A DNA stretch of 64,000 nucleotides from an uncultured Gammaproteobacteria bacterium (GCA_964609895.1 CAZSTG010000001.1:59202-123201), one strand, 5' to 3'. Shown: positions 44,788 to 55,295, counted from the first letter of the stretch. Notes: generated from the letters alone by a model not told the origin. Translations and numbers: made by a program.

Positions 44788-46617
44788 GTGAAAGTATACA
44801 TGCAAAATAAGTTTAAGCACCATGGCAGTAGGCCATCGTGGTTCAGGAATCCCCAAGCGCAACCACAGCAAAAAAATGAGCAGGGGAAACGTACAAAACA
44901 ATTCGTGGGAGTCGGCAAAAGCGATTTTCGTGGCTCTCCTTCAGGCAAGGAATCATTGCGGTTTATCCCCATCGGCGGCAGCGGCAACGTGACGAAAAAC
45001 ATGTTCGCGTATGAACTGCGGTATGACGGACGGATAACAGATATCTTGCTCGTCGACTGCGGCATCGGATTTCCTGATGCGGACATGTACGGCGTGGATG
45101 TCGTTATTCCGGATGTCCGGTATTTGGAGGACAAAAAACAATACATCAGAGGGCTCGTGTTTACCCACGGACATGATGATCATATCGGGGCAATCCCGTA
45201 CATCTATCCGAAGTTAGGGAACATTCCCATGTGGGGAACACCGCTCACCGCGGCGTTTGCAAATTTGAAACTGAAGGAAACAAAAATTGCGTCCCGTGTG
45301 AAGTCTGTGGATTTTTCGGAAGTCCTGCATATCGGACCGTTTACGGTTTCGTTTGTCCGCATGACGCATTCCGTGCCGGACACATCCAACCTCATTATCG
45401 AGACGCCCGTCGGTATTTTTTACCACGGCAGTGATTTCAAGTTTGATTTCGATCCCTTGGATGGGAAAAAATCAGAACTGGACAAGATTAATGCAGCGGG
45501 AGACCGCGGAGTTTTGTGTCTCATGACGGATTCACTCGGGAGTGAACGTGCAGGGTTTACTCCATCAGAACAAAAGATTCGTGAGAGCATCGAAAAAGAA
45601 CTTGCGATGTGTCAGGGAAAGTTTTTGTTTACGACCCAATCATCAAACATTTCCCGTATCCAACTTGCGATAGACGTCGCAATTACAGCCGGTAGAAAGA
45701 TTGCATTTTTTGGGCGAAGCATCGATAAAAATGTAGAGGAAGCATTTAATCTCGGGTATATGAAATTCCCGAGGGATATGGTGGTACGCGACAGGGATCT
45801 CAAGAAGATGCCGGCCAACAAGATGTTTTTGATTGTGGCAGGAGCTCAAGGACAACCTGAATCAGCGCTCACCAGAATGGCAAATGACAATCATACATTT
45901 GTTTCCATTGCGGACGGGGATACCGTCATGTTCAGTGCAGATCCGATTCCAGGAAATGAAAACAGTGTCGGCACGATCATCGATCAGTTGTATCGGGATG
46001 GCGCACGCGTGTCATACACCAACATCATGGAAGACTTGCATGTGTCAGGACACGGATCGCAGGGGGATCACATGCTGATGCTCACGGCACTTGGCCCGTC
46101 GTTTGTATTGCCAATTGGAGGAACGTATCGGCATATCATGAATTACCGGACAATTGCCATGGAATGCGGCTGGAAAAAACACCAGATTCTGATGCCGGAT
46201 GAGGGGGATATTCTGGAATTTAGGAAAGGCCAAACACCAAAAGTTGCCCAACATATTACCCTTGAAAACGTCATGGTGGACGGACTCGGAATCGGCGATG
46301 TCGGCAGCATTGTACTGCGTGACCGTCAGACCATCGCAAACGAGGGAATTGTGGTTGTCGTCGTACCGGTGGAAAAATCAACAGGAAAAGTGACGAGTGC
46401 GCCCGATATTATCTCGCGGGGATTTGTGTATATCAAGGAATCCGGAGATTTGCTCAATCGCGCACGAAAAATCGTGAGCGATTCACTCCGCGTGAAACAC
46501 GGCAGATCCATGGATTGGCACTATATGCGGGAACTCATCGAAGACAATCTGCAGAAATTCCTCAAAAAAGAAACAGGCAGACAGCCCCTCATCGTTCCTG
46601 TCATTCTTGAGGTATAA
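44788..46617 (+). CDS. rnj: Ribonuclease J (metallo-beta-lactamase/beta-CASP RNase) with an ~80-aa basic N-terminal extension
   Basis: VFTHGHDDHIGAIPY (HxHxDH)...GSDFKFD...MTDSLG...VSGHGSQGD...beta-CASP and C-terminal domain. Confidence 0.9.
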   Translation: MKVYMQNKFKHHGSRPSWFRNPQAQPQQKNEQGKRTKQFVGVGKSDFRGSPSGKESLRFIPIGGSGNVTKNMFAYELRYDGRITDILLVDCGIGFPDADMYGVDVVIPDVRYLEDKKQYIRGLVFTHGHDDHIGAIPYIYPKLGNIPMWGTPLTAAFANLKLKETKIASRVKSVDFSEVLHIGPFTVSFVRMTHSVPDTSNLIIETPVGIFYHGSDFKFDFDPLDGKKSELDKINAAGDRGVLCLMTDSLGSERAGFTPSEQKIRESIEKELAMCQGKFLFTTQSSNISRIQLAIDVAITAGRKIAFFGRSIDKNVEEAFNLGYMKFPRDMVVRDRDLKKMPANKMFLIVAGAQGQPESALTRMANDNHTFVSIADGDTVMFSADPIPGNENSVGTIIDQLYRDGARVSYTNIMEDLHVSGHGSQGDHMLMLTALGPSFVLPIGGTYRHIMNYRTIAMECGWKKHQILMPDEGDILEFRKGQTPKVAQHITLENVMVDGLGIGDVGSIVLRDRQTIANEGIVVVVVPVEKSTGKVTSAPDIISRGFVYIKESGDLLNRARKIVSDSLRVKHGRSMDWHYMRELIEDNLQKFLKKETGRQPLIVPVILEV

Positions 46618-46624
46618 TTCCATC

Positions 46625-47386
46625 ATGAAAGACAAAGCAATCATTTTTGATATTGATGGAACCGCAGTCGATTCTCCCGAGCAAAAACTGCCGACGCCAT
46701 CTCTTGTTGCCGCGATGGAACAGCTGAAAGATCAATACTATTTATGTGCGGCAACGGGTCGCGTGTGGTCATACGGGAAAGCGGTGCTTCAGGCAATGCA
46801 TCTGACTGATCCATGCGTCATCTCTGCGGGAACACAAATCTGTAATCCTCAGACTGGCGAAATCCTTTGGCAAAAAACTGTTCCTGAAGAGGCATTAACC
46901 AAAGTGATTGAAGTGTTGAATAATTATCCCGAATACAAAGTGCTGTTTAATGACGGTACGGAGGATGATTATTTCAACGGCGGGGTGTATCCGAAAGATT
47001 TTCATACAACAGAACCGGTGTATTTTTTCGAAGTTGTGTTTGTTCCGGATAAAATTGCGGAAGAAATCCGTGAGAAGCTTTTGACAATAGAAGGAATTAC
47101 CTGTGTCATGGTGATTGCGCAGAAATCTGAAACTCGGGATCTGCATGTGATTAACCGCGATGCGACGAAGGAACATGCGATCGGAGAATTGTTGAAAATA
47201 TTGCAGGTGAGAAAGGAACAGACCATCGGTATCGGTGACGGGCACAATGATATTCATCTGTTCAATGCCGTTGGGAAAAAGATCGCGATGGGCAATGCGA
47301 CACAAATTCTGAAAGATGCGGCAGACGAAGTGATTGGATCAGTAAAAGAAGATGGAATGGCGAAGTATCTGCAGACGCTGCAGTAA
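46625..47386 (+). CDS. HAD-superfamily hydrolase, Cof-type (subfamily IIB) sugar-phosphatase-like
   Basis: MKDKAIIFDIDGTAV (motif I DxDGT)...IGIGDGHNDIHLFNAVGKKIAMGNA (motif IV). Confidence 0.8.
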   Translation: MKDKAIIFDIDGTAVDSPEQKLPTPSLVAAMEQLKDQYYLCAATGRVWSYGKAVLQAMHLTDPCVISAGTQICNPQTGEILWQKTVPEEALTKVIEVLNNYPEYKVLFNDGTEDDYFNGGVYPKDFHTTEPVYFFEVVFVPDKIAEEIREKLLTIEGITCVMVIAQKSETRDLHVINRDATKEHAIGELLKILQVRKEQTIGIGDGHNDIHLFNAVGKKIAMGNATQILKDAADEVIGSVKEDGMAKYLQTLQ

Positions 47387-47389
47387 CGC

Positions 47390-49222
47390 TTACACTTTTG
47401 CGGAAAGGCCGCGGTCGACTCTGTTTCGTTCAACAGACGTCAGGAATTTTTTTCGAAGCCTAAGGTTGAGCGGTGTGATTTCCAAGAGTTCATCTTCCTC
47501 GACGAAATCCAGACATTGTTCCAGCGAAAACTCCGTCGGCGGATCCAGTTGAATTGCGATGTCAGCATTTGCTGAATGGATATTGGTGAGTTTTTTGATT
47601 TTGCAGACATTGATTTCTATGTCATCCTGTCGGGCGTTGAGTCCGATGATCATGCCCGCGTATACGGGAACTCCCGGACCTATGAATGCTTTGCCGCGTT
47701 CTTGTACTGTCTGCAGTGCATATCCTGTGGATTTGCCGGATTCAAATGCAATGAGTACTCCATTTCGAAGTTTCGGCACGTGTGCACCAAGCGGGAAGTA
47801 TCCGATAAATCTGGTTGAGAAAATGCCATTTCCTCGTGTTTTTGTCATGATGTCGCCTCTAAATCCGAGGAGATTGCGGCTGGAAACTTTGTACACCATT
47901 TTGGTGACGCCGCGGTCTGAGGTGAATGTATCCAGCATTTCCGCTTTTCGTTTTCCAAGTTCTTCTGTGATAACACCGACGTATGCACTATCGATTTCAA
48001 TGGTTATTTCTTCGTATGGTTCATGAGTTTTTCCATCAATGTCCTTAAGGATTACTTCCGGTTTTCCCACCTGCATTTCGTATCCTTCGCGTCGTAGGTT
48101 CTCAAGTAAAATTGCCAAATGCAATTCTCCGCGGCCGGCGACGATAAATCCGTTACCCTGCGGATTGTCCGTGATGTTGATACCGATATTTGTCTGTTTC
48201 TCTTTGAGAAGTCGTGCATGAATTTGACGTGCAGTGCAGAATTTTCCCTCACGTCCTGCAAATGGGGAAGTGTTAGCTGCGAGGGAAATTTTCAGTGTCG
48301 GGTCTTCGAGTTTGATAGTTGGATATCCTGTCGGATCGGATGGATCAGTGATGGTCTGTCCGATGGCAACATCAGGAATTCCTGTCACAGCGATGATGTC
48401 GCCTGTTTTTCCTTCAGTTGTTTCCACGCGCTTGAGTCCCACACTGGTAAATACCTGTTCAATTCTGTATTGGCCGACTTTTTCATTTTCCTGCATGAGG
48501 AAAATAGACTGTCCTGCCTTGATTGTTCCCTGTGTCAGTTTGCCGATGGCGTATGTACCTTTGTAGTCATCGAAATCGAGGGTAGACACAAGCATTTTTG
48601 TCGGCATATCCGCGTTTGCTTTCGGCGCAGGAACGTACTGCAGGATAGATTCAAATACGGGAGTCAGATCTGCATCTGCTGTCATATCTTCCGGATATGG
48701 ATCCCACGCTTTGCCTTCGCGGCCGATGGCATAAATGACGGGATACATCAGATCATCTTCGTGGTTTGCAAGGTGAAGAAACAGTTCTTCAATCTCATGC
48801 GCTACTTCTTCGACTCTGGCATCTTTGCGGTCGATTTTGTTGATGACGACAATGAGTTTCAGGTGGAGTTCGAGCGCCTTTTTTAGTACAAACTGTGTCT
48901 GCGGCAGCGGGCCTTCCGCTGCATCGACGACCAAGACTGCACCGTCTGCCATATTGATGGTGCGTTCGACTTCTCCTGAAAAGTCCGCATGTCCGGGAGT
49001 GTCGATGATATTGATCTTGGTGCCTTTGTACATGACGCTTGTGTTTTTAGCAAGGATTGTGATGCCTTTTTCCCGTTCTAGGGTATTTGAATCGAGGATG
49101 GTTGTTTGATTCATTTCTGCTTCATTATCGCGGAAGGTGTGGGTCTGTTTGAGCATGCCATCGACAAGCGTGGTTTTCCCGTGGTCAACGTGGGCGATGA
49201 TGGCGACATTTCGAATATCCAT
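47390..49222 (-). CDS. typA: Translational GTPase TypA/BipA
   Basis: [26 protein letters not shown]...[16 protein letters not shown]...NKIDR. EF-G-like domains. Start reset to ATG 49220-49222. Confidence 0.93.
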   Translation of the reverse strand: MDIRNVAIIAHVDHGKTTLVDGMLKQTHTFRDNEAEMNQTTILDSNTLEREKGITILAKNTSVMYKGTKINIIDTPGHADFSGEVERTINMADGAVLVVDAAEGPLPQTQFVLKKALELHLKLIVVINKIDRKDARVEEVAHEIEELFLHLANHEDDLMYPVIYAIGREGKAWDPYPEDMTADADLTPVFESILQYVPAPKANADMPTKMLVSTLDFDDYKGTYAIGKLTQGTIKAGQSIFLMQENEKVGQYRIEQVFTSVGLKRVETTEGKTGDIIAVTGIPDVAIGQTITDPSDPTGYPTIKLEDPTLKISLAANTSPFAGREGKFCTARQIHARLLKEKQTNIGINITDNPQGNGFIVAGRGELHLAILLENLRREGYEMQVGKPEVILKDIDGKTHEPYEEITIEIDSAYVGVITEELGKRKAEMLDTFTSDRGVTKMVYKVSSRNLLGFRGDIMTKTRGNGIFSTRFIGYFPLGAHVPKLRNGVLIAFESGKSTGYALQTVQERGKAFIGPGVPVYAGMIIGLNARQDDIEINVCKIKKLTNIHSANADIAIQLDPPTEFSLEQCLDFVEEDELLEITPLNLRLRKKFLTSVERNRVDRGLSAKV

Positions 49223-49226
49223 AGAC

Positions 49227-49277
49227 AAAAAGAAAACCCCGCCCAAACGATGAATTGATATCCAAATCGTAGCGGGG
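49227..49277 (-). promoter_or_regulatory. Terminator-like hairpin (CCCCGC...GCGGGG with inner ACGAT/ATCGT) followed by a U-run on the typA sense strand, ending ~5 nt before the typA ATG. Candidate leader attenuator.
   Basis: Minus-strand sense: ccccgctacgatttggatatcaattcatcgtttgggcggggttttcttttt then gtctATG. Confidence 0.45.
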
Positions 49278-49368
49278 AGAACATATGAAGTATACCACAT
49301 TTTGCCGGTCTTTGCCCATGTAAAACAACCATACGATAAATGATATACTGGAGAGCGTCTGGAGAGTT

Positions 49369-50607
49369 ATGAATACAATCACGCAATCCTTTAAAAAACT
49401 GAAACACCTTCCGCAAAATGTCTGGGCGGTAGGTGTCACAAGTTTCCTCATGGATGTTTCCAGTGAGATGATCATAAATATCATTCCTTTGTTTCTTGCA
49501 AACGTAGCCGGAGTATCCACGGGTATTATCGGGTTTATCGAAGGTATGGGGGACACAACGGCAAGCCTGTTGAAGCTTGTTTCCGGTTGGCTGTCGGATA
49601 AACTGCGTGCCCGCAAATGGCTTGCAGTATTTGGATATGCACTGTCTGCGTTTTCCAAGCCGTTTTTTTATATCGCAAGTTCGTGGGGAGTGATTGCTGG
49701 AGTGAAATGGGCGGATCGTGTTGGAAAAGGCATTAGGACATCGCCGCGCGATGCGCTTGTTGCCGATTCCGTGACGAAGGAAACGCGCGGTATCGCGTTT
49801 GGTCTGCAGAAGGCACTTGATAGTGCGGGTGCTGTCCTTGGTTTTATCATAGCAACGCTCGTCGTATGGTTTACGCAGAAAAATGCGATGTATTTGTCGC
49901 GGCATACATTTCAGATTATCGTGCTCTTTAGCATCATCCCCGCCATTCTTTCCGTCATATCGCTTGCTGTCGGATCGAAGGATGTGCAGGTGAAGGACGA
50001 ACGGAAATTGCCGAACATCACGCTGAAGAAACTGGGAAAACCGTTTGCCGTCTATCTTTTCATTGTGAGCCTTTTTACACTCGGCAATTCATCAGATGCA
50101 TTTCTTGTCTTGCGTGCACAGAATCTTGGCGTGTCTGTCATCGGCATATTTCTCATGTTGGCGTTGTTTAAATTGGTTTATTCCATTACGGCAGTTCCGG
50201 CGGGAAACCTGTCAGACACCATTGGCAGAAGAAAAATAATCATTTGGGGATGGCTCATTTATGCGGTCTTATATCTCGGATTCGCATTTGCAGGCAAAGG
50301 GTGGCAGGTCGCGCTTCTCTACATTGTATATGGACTGTATTACGGACTGGCATTCGGGACGGCAAGTGCGTTTGTTGCTGATTTGGTGCCTCAAGAGCTG
50401 CGCGGCACCGCATACGGCACATATAACGCGGTGATCGGACTTTTAGCTCTTCCCGCATCCGCTATCGCGGGCGTGTTATGGCAGGGAATAGGGTTGTGGC
50501 ACGGGTTTGGACCGAGTGCGCCGTTTTTGTTCGGCGGGATACTGTCACTGACGGCCGTGCTTCTGATGGTGTTTGTCATGCCTGAAACGCGTGAAAAAAT
50601 TGCGTAA
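49369..50607 (+). CDS. MFS transporter
   Basis: 412 aa, 12 hydrophobic segments, MFS loop motif ...GWLSDKLRARK... Confidence 0.8.
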   Translation: MNTITQSFKKLKHLPQNVWAVGVTSFLMDVSSEMIINIIPLFLANVAGVSTGIIGFIEGMGDTTASLLKLVSGWLSDKLRARKWLAVFGYALSAFSKPFFYIASSWGVIAGVKWADRVGKGIRTSPRDALVADSVTKETRGIAFGLQKALDSAGAVLGFIIATLVVWFTQKNAMYLSRHTFQIIVLFSIIPAILSVISLAVGSKDVQVKDERKLPNITLKKLGKPFAVYLFIVSLFTLGNSSDAFLVLRAQNLGVSVIGIFLMLALFKLVYSITAVPAGNLSDTIGRRKIIIWGWLIYAVLYLGFAFAGKGWQVALLYIVYGLYYGLAFGTASAFVADLVPQELRGTAYGTYNAVIGLLALPASAIAGVLWQGIGLWHGFGPSAPFLFGGILSLTAVLLMVFVMPETREKIA

Positions 50608-50670
50608 AAAATGTTTTCTCTTGCACTCACTTGTTGAACTTAGACCTATTTCTTTCTATACTGATACAGT

Positions 50671-52857
50671 ATGCAACGAAAACGGAAATACAGAAAACGC
50701 GGACCGTTTAATCTGAAGCTGAAAAAACAGACGATTTATACTGTTGCAGCGATCTGGTTGTGGATCTTTTCCCTGATTATCATCTTTTCGTTTTTTGGTG
50801 AGGGATCGGCGTTACTGCGGCTTCGGGACGGATTGTATACGAAAATCGGCTGGGTGATGTATCCGTTCCCCGTATTTCTTGTGTCACTGAGTTTACTGTT
50901 TTTTAAAGTGAAATCTGATCTTGCCAAACCGAATGTGCCGACCGGATTTTTCCTGTTTTTATTGTCTCTGATCGGACTGACGCAGGCAGGAATGCTTGGG
51001 GAATGGATGATGCGGTGGCTGTCCGATGTGCTGACCATAGAAGTCGCGTATCTGTTGTTTATTGGTGTATTTATCGTCGGACTGATTATTGAATTTAACA
51101 CATCACTGGATGCATTTATCAACGTTCTCCTCATGGGTGTACAGAAAATTCTTGAATGGATCGGTGATTTTTTCAAAAATCTGGTGTCTCCGCAGGATAA
51201 ATTTGCAGGCGGCGGGAAACAAATGAAGATTAAGGGGGAAGAATTTATGGACAAGCCGATGACCATAAAAGGCGGCGCACCGATTGTTCCTGCTCCCACA
51301 GCTGCGGGTAAATCAGTGCCGACTGCAGCAGGAACCAACAAACCAATGGACGTGGGCGGAGAGTTTAAGGTAAACAGCTCCATGACACCGCCGCAGGAGC
51401 AACTGATCTGGGAATATCCACCACTGACACTATTATCGGACGGGCCAAATCAACGGGCGGATCGGGGAGACGTGAAGTACAATGCTGACACAATCAAAAA
51501 AACTCTCGGATCGTTTGGTATCATGGCAAACGTTGTGGAAGTCAATAAAGGTCCGGCCATTACCGAATATGCGTTGGAAATTGCCCTCGGCACAAAAGTA
51601 TCGAAAATTCAATCATTGTCCAGCGATCTCGCGCTTGCTCTTGCAGCTCCTACCGGACAAGTCCGCATCCAAACGCCGATTCCAGGAAGGAGTCTGATCG
51701 GTATCGAAATTCCGAACCGCGGTCTTGAATTTGTCACACTCAAACACATGTTGGAATCGGATAAAGTTGCAAAATCAAAAAGCAAACTGACAGTAGCACT
51801 TGGTCTGGATGTGGCAGGAAACCCCGTGACTGTTGATATTGGAAAAATGCCGCATATGCTTATTGCCGGTACGACCGGTTCGGGAAAATCCGTGCTGGTC
51901 AACGCGTTTATTACTTCGTTGTTGTTCAGGACTACGCCGCAGGAAGTCAAGCTCATTATGGTGGATCCGAAACGGGTAGAACTTACGGGATACAACGGCA
52001 TTCCACATCTGCTTGCTCCTGTGATCGTTGATGCGGACAAAGCGCTGTCGGCACTGCACTATGCAGTCAAAGAAATGGAAAACAGATACAAGCAACTTGC
52101 AGAAGTGGGAGTAAAAAATATCGACAGTTTTAATGAGCTTGCCGGCATGCAGGCAATGCCGTATATCGTCATTTTCATCGACGAACTTGCGACGCTCATG
52201 GCATACGCGCCGGTTGATGCGGAGGACACGATTTGTAAAATTGCACAGATGTCGAGAGCGGTCGGCATTCACTTGGTGCTTGCTACCCAGCGGCCGAGCG
52301 TTGACGTCATCACCGGTTTGATTAAAGCAAACATCCCCTCGCGCATCGCTTTCAACGTATCTTCCATGATTGATTCCCGTGTGGTTCTTGACATGCCGGG
52401 AGCAGAAAAGCTTCTTGGTCGGGGAGACATGCTTTTTATTCCGCCGGATCAAAGCAAACCAACCCGTATTCAGGGAACGTATGTGTCTGAACAGGAAGTG
52501 AATAAAGTGGTGGAATATCTGAAAGCGAAAAATTCTCCGGTGCAGTATACCGATGAAGTGGTGAATACGCCAGTTTCTGCCATGCATAAAGGTGGAGGTA
52601 TGGCAAACACGACTCCGGACGGAAAAGATCCGTTGTTTGATGACGCATTCCGGCTCATCTGTCAGCATGACAAAGCATCCGCATCCTTGTTACAGCGGAG
52701 ACTTTCCGTCGGGTATGCAAGAGCTGCACGTATTCTGGATCAGCTGGAGGCGGAAGGCATTATCGGCGCGGGTGAAGGCTCCAAGCCGCGGGATGTTCTG
52801 ATAAAAAATCCCGATGATTACTACGCAAATCAGCAGTCTGCGCAGGGACAACAGTAA
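50671..52857 (+). CDS. ftsK: DNA translocase FtsK/SpoIIIE
   Basis: N-terminal 4 TM helices, linker, motor domain ...HMLIAGTTGSGKSVLVNAFITSL (Walker A)...IVIFIDELA (Walker B)...ATQRPSVDVITG. C-terminal gamma winged helix ...LLQRRLSVGYARAARILDQLE. Confidence 0.93.
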   Translation: MQRKRKYRKRGPFNLKLKKQTIYTVAAIWLWIFSLIIIFSFFGEGSALLRLRDGLYTKIGWVMYPFPVFLVSLSLLFFKVKSDLAKPNVPTGFFLFLLSLIGLTQAGMLGEWMMRWLSDVLTIEVAYLLFIGVFIVGLIIEFNTSLDAFINVLLMGVQKILEWIGDFFKNLVSPQDKFAGGGKQMKIKGEEFMDKPMTIKGGAPIVPAPTAAGKSVPTAAGTNKPMDVGGEFKVNSSMTPPQEQLIWEYPPLTLLSDGPNQRADRGDVKYNADTIKKTLGSFGIMANVVEVNKGPAITEYALEIALGTKVSKIQSLSSDLALALAAPTGQVRIQTPIPGRSLIGIEIPNRGLEFVTLKHMLESDKVAKSKSKLTVALGLDVAGNPVTVDIGKMPHMLIAGTTGSGKSVLVNAFITSLLFRTTPQEVKLIMVDPKRVELTGYNGIPHLLAPVIVDADKALSALHYAVKEMENRYKQLAEVGVKNIDSFNELAGMQAMPYIVIFIDELATLMAYAPVDAEDTICKIAQMSRAVGIHLVLATQRPSVDVITGLIKANIPSRIAFNVSSMIDSRVVLDMPGAEKLLGRGDMLFIPPDQSKPTRIQGTYVSEQEVNKVVEYLKAKNSPVQYTDEVVNTPVSAMHKGGGMANTTPDGKDPLFDDAFRLICQHDKASASLLQRRLSVGYARAARILDQLEAEGIIGAGEGSKPRDVLIKNPDDYYANQQSAQGQQ

Positions 52858-52874
52858 GTACTTCATCATCCCAT

Positions 52875-53510
52875 ATGAACACCGTCGGCACCATGTTAAA
52901 ACAAGCAAGAGTCGCCAAAGGTATTACCCTGCAGGAAGTGGAGAAACAAACAAAGATCAGACTGAAATTTTTGGAAGCAATTGAGAAAGACGCATATCAC
53001 TTATTGCCATCTCCTGTCTACGCAAAAGGATTTGTAAAAAACTACAGTGAATATCTAGGGCTTGAGAGTGCGACAATCATGGCTTTTTTCCGGCGTCAGA
53101 GCGATGATGTAAAACGGACGGTGATTCTGCCGAAAAAAGCGCAGGAAATAGAAGCAAAAGGACTGCGGCTTACTCCAGGCAGGTTTATCACCATTTTACT
53201 GATCGGATTGTCCGTTTTGTTTTTGTCGTATTTTTTGATGCAATATCAGAAACTGCAGCGCCCGCCGGAACTCACCATTACCAAACCCGTTCATGAAAGC
53301 ATCGTTGGAGAAAAAAAGTTGGATGTGATGGGGCAGACTAATAGTGATACCACAGTGACGGTAAACGGACTCAGTGTCTCCGTACGGGGTGATGGGAAAT
53401 TTTTTACACAGGTGACACTTGAGTCGGGAGTGAACACTATTACGGTCATTGCAACGTCGAGGTTTGGTAAAACCAAAACAGAAGTGTTAAAAGTTGGCCT
53501 GCAGCAATAG
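52875..53510 (+). CDS. rodZ: RodZ-like cytoskeleton-associated protein (XRE-type HTH + TM + C-terminal beta domain)
   Basis: TMLKQARVAKGITLQEVEKQTKIRLKFLEAIEKDAY (HTH)...YAKGFVKNYSEYLGL...one TM helix (FITILLIGLSVLFL). Confidence 0.7.
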   Translation: MNTVGTMLKQARVAKGITLQEVEKQTKIRLKFLEAIEKDAYHLLPSPVYAKGFVKNYSEYLGLESATIMAFFRRQSDDVKRTVILPKKAQEIEAKGLRLTPGRFITILLIGLSVLFLSYFLMQYQKLQRPPELTITKPVHESIVGEKKLDVMGQTNSDTTVTVNGLSVSVRGDGKFFTQVTLESGVNTITVIATSRFGKTKTEVLKVGLQQ

Positions 53511-53517
53511 GATCTTA

Positions 53518-53546
53518 TTGACAGAAATAGTTGTTTGCTTTATTGT
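53518..53546 (+). promoter_or_regulatory. Candidate promoter TTGACA-17-TATTGT upstream of the small membrane protein / ytxH pair
   Basis: ttgaca 53518-53523; tattgt 53541-53546. Confidence 0.4.
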
Positions 53547-53556
53547 ATTCATACTA

Positions 53557-53615
53557 ATTCAATAAATATTTATATTTTGAGTATTGGTTTATTGGTATTT
53601 ATTGAATTATTACCG
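53557..53615. repeat. A/T-rich repeat element: 12-bp perfect inverted repeat aattcaataaat ... atttattgaatt flanking TATTGGT direct repeats. Related to the tandem repeat at 3089-3128.
   Basis: aattcaataaat (53557-53568); tattggt ttattggta tttattgaattatt (53583-53612). Shares atttattgaattatt and ttattggtatttattg with the complement of 3085-3128. Confidence 0.65.
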
Positions 53616-53630
53616 TAAGGTATCCTGCCT

Positions 53631-53894
53631 ATGGATCCAGTACAGATAACGATCATCGTAATAAGCTTCATTTTAGTCACCCTCATTGTCATTTTGACGA
53701 TTCAGACGATCGGCATCATGAAAGAATTCAAGTTAACAGTGCAAAAAATTAATAAGATGCTTGATGACGGCGGAAAAGTCACGGGTATTGTGAGTGATTC
53801 AGCTACAAGTATTGCGGGTGTGATTGGCGGCATTAAAACTGGTATGAATGTGTTTTCGATGTTTCGTCGGAAAGGAGAATCCCATGAACAATGA
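53631..53894 (+). CDS. Small membrane protein (DUF948-like: N-terminal TM + short coiled region)
   Basis: MDPVQITIIVISFILVTLIVILTIQTIGIMKEFKLTVQKINKMLDD... Confidence 0.5.
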   Translation: MDPVQITIIVISFILVTLIVILTIQTIGIMKEFKLTVQKINKMLDDGGKVTGIVSDSATSIAGVIGGIKTGMNVFSMFRRKGESHEQ

Positions 53895-54264
53895 CAGAGA
53901 CAATAAGTTTATGATCGGTTTTTTCATCGGGGGACTCATCGGCGCAGGCGTCATGTTTTTGATGGGAACAAAAGAAGGAAAAAAAGTTGAGAAGATGTTG
54001 GAGAGGAAAGGAAAAGAGGCACTGGATGATATAGAAGACAAAGTGGATGAACTGAAGGAAAAAGGGGAAGAACTGTTGAAAAAAGGCGAAGCGATTAAGG
54101 AACAAGTGCTGGAACAAATCGAAGATAAAAAAGATGACTTAACGGAAGAAGCGTCAAGACGCTTAGATAGTGCGCTTGCAAATGTCGTGGAGATTCAGGA
54201 AAAAGGTGTTGCAACAACCACCAACCTTCGGAAGCGCCTGTTCAAGAACGTGCCAAAGAGATAA
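53884..54264 (+). CDS. YtxH-like protein (Gly-rich N-terminal helix + coiled-coil)
   Basis: MNNDRDNKFMIGFFIGGLIGAGVMFLMGTKEGKKVEKMLERKGKEALDDIEDKVDELKEKGEELLKKGE. Start reset to ATG 53884. Confidence 0.6.
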   Translation: MNNDRDNKFMIGFFIGGLIGAGVMFLMGTKEGKKVEKMLERKGKEALDDIEDKVDELKEKGEELLKKGEAIKEQVLEQIEDKKDDLTEEASRRLDSALANVVEIQEKGVATTTNLRKRLFKNVPKR

Positions 54265-54339
54265 TAATTATTTCTTCTTGCAAAACTACGTCTCCTGTCC
54301 TATGGTAGTGCTTAGGTTATTCTTTAAGGAGGACTTCCT

Positions 54340-55284
54340 ATGAAGATTGCGATCTTTTTGCCGAAAACTGTTTTTACAGAGAATCAACTTCAAAAACTAT
54401 CCGGTCTTGGTGATGTTGTTTTTACCGCAGATGATAAAGAAATGACACTTGATGCGTGTATAGCGCACGCAAAAGATGCAGAAATCTTAGGAATTGATCT
54501 TGATAATTTTGGAGGATTTGATAAAGGACGTGAACAAACGACAAAACTCTTGCTTGCAAGTCCTTCAGTAAAAGGCATTTCATTGTCTACAACCTCTTTT
54601 GGTTGGGTGGATTTGGAGTACTGCAAAAAACAGAACATTCCTGTTTGTAATGTCCCCGGATATTCCCGCGAATCTGTTGCTGAACACACCATTGCACTGC
54701 TGATGTGTATGGCAAAACGAATATTGCTTTCTGACAGGCGCACGCAAAAAGGTGAGTTTAAAATGGAAATGGGATTCGAACTCGCAGGCAAAACACTCGG
54801 TATTATCGGACTTGGAAATATCGGTACGCGAACGGCAGAACTTGCACGGGGGATTGGCATGAACGTGATTGCATATAATCATTCGCCAAAGACCGTTTCC
54901 GGTGTGACGATGAAAACGTTGGATGAGGTACTTGCAGAATCTGATGCAATCGCATTTCATACAACACATACGGACGCAAACAAAGGATTTATTGGAAAAG
55001 AACAAATTGCAAAAATGAAAAAAGGTGTGATCATCGTTAACACTGCTGATGAAACACTCGTAGATGAGGCGGCAATGGCGGAAGCATTAAAGAGTGGTCA
55101 GGTCGATACCTATACAAGTGAGGGAACCCTATTTGAAGGCACGCCGCTTGCCGGTATGGAGCGGGCGATAGGGCTTAAAGGATTCGGTTATTTTACAAAA
55201 GAGGCACTGCAGAATCTATTTGAAATATTTGTCGAAAATATCGAGGCGTTAGTTCAAGGAAAACCAATTCATACAGTTCAGTAA
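54340..55284 (+). CDS. D-isomer-specific 2-hydroxyacid dehydrogenase (NAD-binding; glyoxylate/hydroxypyruvate reductase or PGDH-like)
   Basis: GKTLGIIGLGNIGTRTAELARGIGMNVIAYN (Rossmann GxGxxG)...catalytic His/Glu/Arg context (AIAFHTTHTD). Confidence 0.8.
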   Translation: MKIAIFLPKTVFTENQLQKLSGLGDVVFTADDKEMTLDACIAHAKDAEILGIDLDNFGGFDKGREQTTKLLLASPSVKGISLSTTSFGWVDLEYCKKQNIPVCNVPGYSRESVAEHTIALLMCMAKRILLSDRRTQKGEFKMEMGFELAGKTLGIIGLGNIGTRTAELARGIGMNVIAYNHSPKTVSGVTMKTLDEVLAESDAIAFHTTHTDANKGFIGKEQIAKMKKGVIIVNTADETLVDEAAMAEALKSGQVDTYTSEGTLFEGTPLAGMERAIGLKGFGYFTKEALQNLFEIFVENIEALVQGKPIHTVQ

Positions 55285-55295
55285 TCATAATATAT

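Noticed and set aside
49111-49905. 264-aa minus-strand ORF overlapping typA's 5' end and the MFS gene
   Set aside because: Antisense to two well-supported genes. Composition Cys/Arg-rich and typical of a spurious frame.
50736-52668. Several minus-strand ORFs (215, 297, 143 aa) inside ftsK
   Set aside because: Antisense to FtsK, which has a clear Walker A/B motor and gamma domain.
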